From a phage: a stretch of DNA of 64,000 nucleotides. Position 1 is the first letter of the stretch. Every line of letters starts with the position of its first letter. Shown piece by piece: positions 57,908 through 64,000 of the stretch. Made by a program: the position numbers and the translations under genes. Below the pieces are notes generated by a model. That model was given only the letters and a program-made list of their open reading frames with translations. It was not told where the DNA came from and ran no database searches. The stretch lies in the sequence record OZ335958.1. One strand, given 5' to 3'.

Positions 57908-59454
57908 GTAACAATACATATCAGCACGTATCAAATGAATCAAAATATGTTAAATTCGATCCAGTAGGATCGAATTTTCCTGACACTGTCACGACAGTGC
58001 AATCTGCATTGTCAAAAATAAGTAATATTGGCGTAAATGGTATTCCTGATGCAACTATGGAAGTTAAAGGAATAGCAATGATTGCGTCAGAGCAAGAGGT
58101 TTTAGATGGAACTAATAATTCTAAAATCGTTACACCAGCTACATTAGCAACAAGATTATTGTATCCAAATGCTACTGAAACTAAGTATGGTTTAACGCGC
58201 TATTCAACAAATGAAGAAACTTTAGAAGGCTCAGATAATAATTCGTCAATAACTCCACAAAAATTGAAATACCATACTGACGATGTATTCCAAAACAGGT
58301 ATTCATCTGAATCATCAAATGGAGTTATTAAAATATCATCTACACCTGCGGCTTTGGCAGGTGTAGATGATACTACAGCGATGACTCCATTAAAAACCCA
58401 AAAACTTGCAATAAAATTAATTTCACAAATAGCTCCTTCCGAAGATACTGCATCAGAATCTGTGAGAGGTGTAGTTCAGTTATCAACTGTCGCTCAAACT
58501 CGTCAAGGAACTCTTCGCGAAGGATATGCAATTTCCCCATATACCTTTATGAATTCTGTTGCAACACAAGAATATAAGGGTGTTATACGTTTAGGAACGC
58601 AGTCGGAAATTAACAGTAATTTGGGGGATGTTGCAGTAACAGGTGAAACACTAAATGGTCGAGGAGCTACTGGTTCTATGCGTGGAGTAGTTAAATTAAC
58701 GACGCAGGCCGGTATTGCCCCTGAAGGTGATAGTTCTGGAGCATTAGCATGGAACGCGGATGTAATTAATACTCGTGGTGGACAAACTATTAATGGTTCT
58801 TTAAATTTAGACCATCTTACAGCAAATGGAATTTGGTCACGCGGTGGAATGTGGAAAAATGGCGATCAGCCAGTTGCGACAGAACGTTATGCGTCCGAAA
58901 GAATTCCAGTTGGGACTATTATGATGTTTGCAGGTGATTCAGCACCTCCTGGTTGGCTTATGTGCCATGGTGGAACCGTGTCAGGTGACCAATTTCCTGA
59001 TTATAGAAACGTAGTTGGAACGAGATTTGGTGGGGATTGGAATAATCCAGGGATTCCTGATATGCGAGGTCTTTTCGTCAGAGGAGCTGGCACAGGCGGT
59101 CATATTTTAAATCAACGAGGACAAGATGGTTATGGAAAGGATAGACTTGGCGTAGGATGTGACGGAATGCATGTTGGTGGTGTCCAGGCGCAACAAATGT
59201 CATACCATAAACACGCCGGTGGTTGGGGGGAATATAACAGAGGTGAAGGCCCATTTGGCGCGTCAGTTTATCAAGGATATCTTGGAACTAGAAAATATTC
59301 CGATTGGGATAATGCTTCATACTTCACTAATGATGGATTTGAATTAGGTGGACCGAGAGACGCTCATGGTACACTTAATCGTGAAGGATTAATTGGTTAT
59401 GAAACTAGACCATGGAATATATCATTAAACTATATTATTAAAGTTCATTACTAA
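57904..59454 (+). CDS. 12: Short tail fibre gp12
   Basis: 516 aa; position and N-terminus as T4 gp12. Confidence 0.88.
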   Translation: MSNNTYQHVSNESKYVKFDPVGSNFPDTVTTVQSALSKISNIGVNGIPDATMEVKGIAMIASEQEVLDGTNNSKIVTPATLATRLLYPNATETKYGLTRYSTNEETLEGSDNNSSITPQKLKYHTDDVFQNRYSSESSNGVIKISSTPAALAGVDDTTAMTPLKTQKLAIKLISQIAPSEDTASESVRGVVQLSTVAQTRQGTLREGYAISPYTFMNSVATQEYKGVIRLGTQSEINSNLGDVAVTGETLNGRGATGSMRGVVKLTTQAGIAPEGDSSGALAWNADVINTRGGQTINGSLNLDHLTANGIWSRGGMWKNGDQPVATERYASERIPVGTIMMFAGDSAPPGWLMCHGGTVSGDQFPDYRNVVGTRFGGDWNNPGIPDMRGLFVRGAGTGGHILNQRGQDGYGKDRLGVGCDGMHVGGVQAQQMSYHKHAGGWGEYNRGEGPFGASVYQGYLGTRKYSDWDNASYFTNDGFELGGPRDAHGTLNREGLIGYETRPWNISLNYIIKVHY

Positions 59455-60921
<1,467 letters not shown>

Positions 60922-60923
60922 CA

Positions 60924-60939
60924 TGGGGCCGCAAGGCCC
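60924..60939 (+). other. GC hairpin with GCAA tetraloop between wac and gene 13
   Basis: GGGGCC-GCAA-GGCCCC; no U-tract follows, so likely a processing/stability element rather than a terminator. Confidence 0.4.
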
Positions 60940-60952
60940 CAAAGGATTTTAA

Positions 60953-62654
<1,702 letters not shown>

Positions 62655-62695
62655 TAAATATTATAAACTAATTAAAGCCCAGATTAGGAGAAATC

Positions 62696-64000
<1,305 letters not shown>

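Noticed and set aside
62655-62695. Possible late promoter before gene 15
   Set aside because: Sequence is TATAAACT rather than TATAAATA; a one-base variant may be functional but cannot be supported from sequence alone.

Overview
This window reads as a contiguous segment of a T4-like (T-even, Tequatrovirus-type) myovirus genome, identified by reading the supplied ORF translations and comparing them with T4 proteins as I recall them; no database search was run. Positions 1-45257 are almost entirely minus-strand early/middle genes: clamp loader 44 (partial), clamp 45, rpbA, recombination nuclease 46/47, alpha-glucosyltransferase, late sigma factor gp55, anaerobic ribonucleotide reductase nrdD/nrdG, endonuclease VII (49), thioredoxin nrdC, a roughly 12 kb accessory block of uncharacterised ORFs, rI, tk, regB, denV, lysozyme e, nudE, a 10-tRNA cluster, internal-protein (IP) genes, 57B/57A, and genes 1, 3, 2, 4. 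From 45305 to the end the plus strand carries the late baseplate/neck module 53, 5, 5.4, 6-12, wac, 13, 14, 15 and the start of 16. It is not T4 itself: nrdD is a single uninterrupted ORF, the tRNA set includes Asn and Tyr, and no homing endonuclease is evident. The most interesting unexplained content is in the accessory block: a tandem array of four divergent paralogs with C-terminal coiled coils (15543-19529), a Pol-beta-type nucleotidyltransferase-like gene next to a DUF4031-like gene and a P-loop ATPase (20971-23546), a perfect 255-bp tandem duplication creating a second copy of a small gene (28124-28633), a macro-domain protein, and four genes carrying IP-type capsid-targeting leaders. 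Coordinates derived by hand from the printed sequence may be off by 1-2 nt; ORF-track coordinates are used wherever possible.
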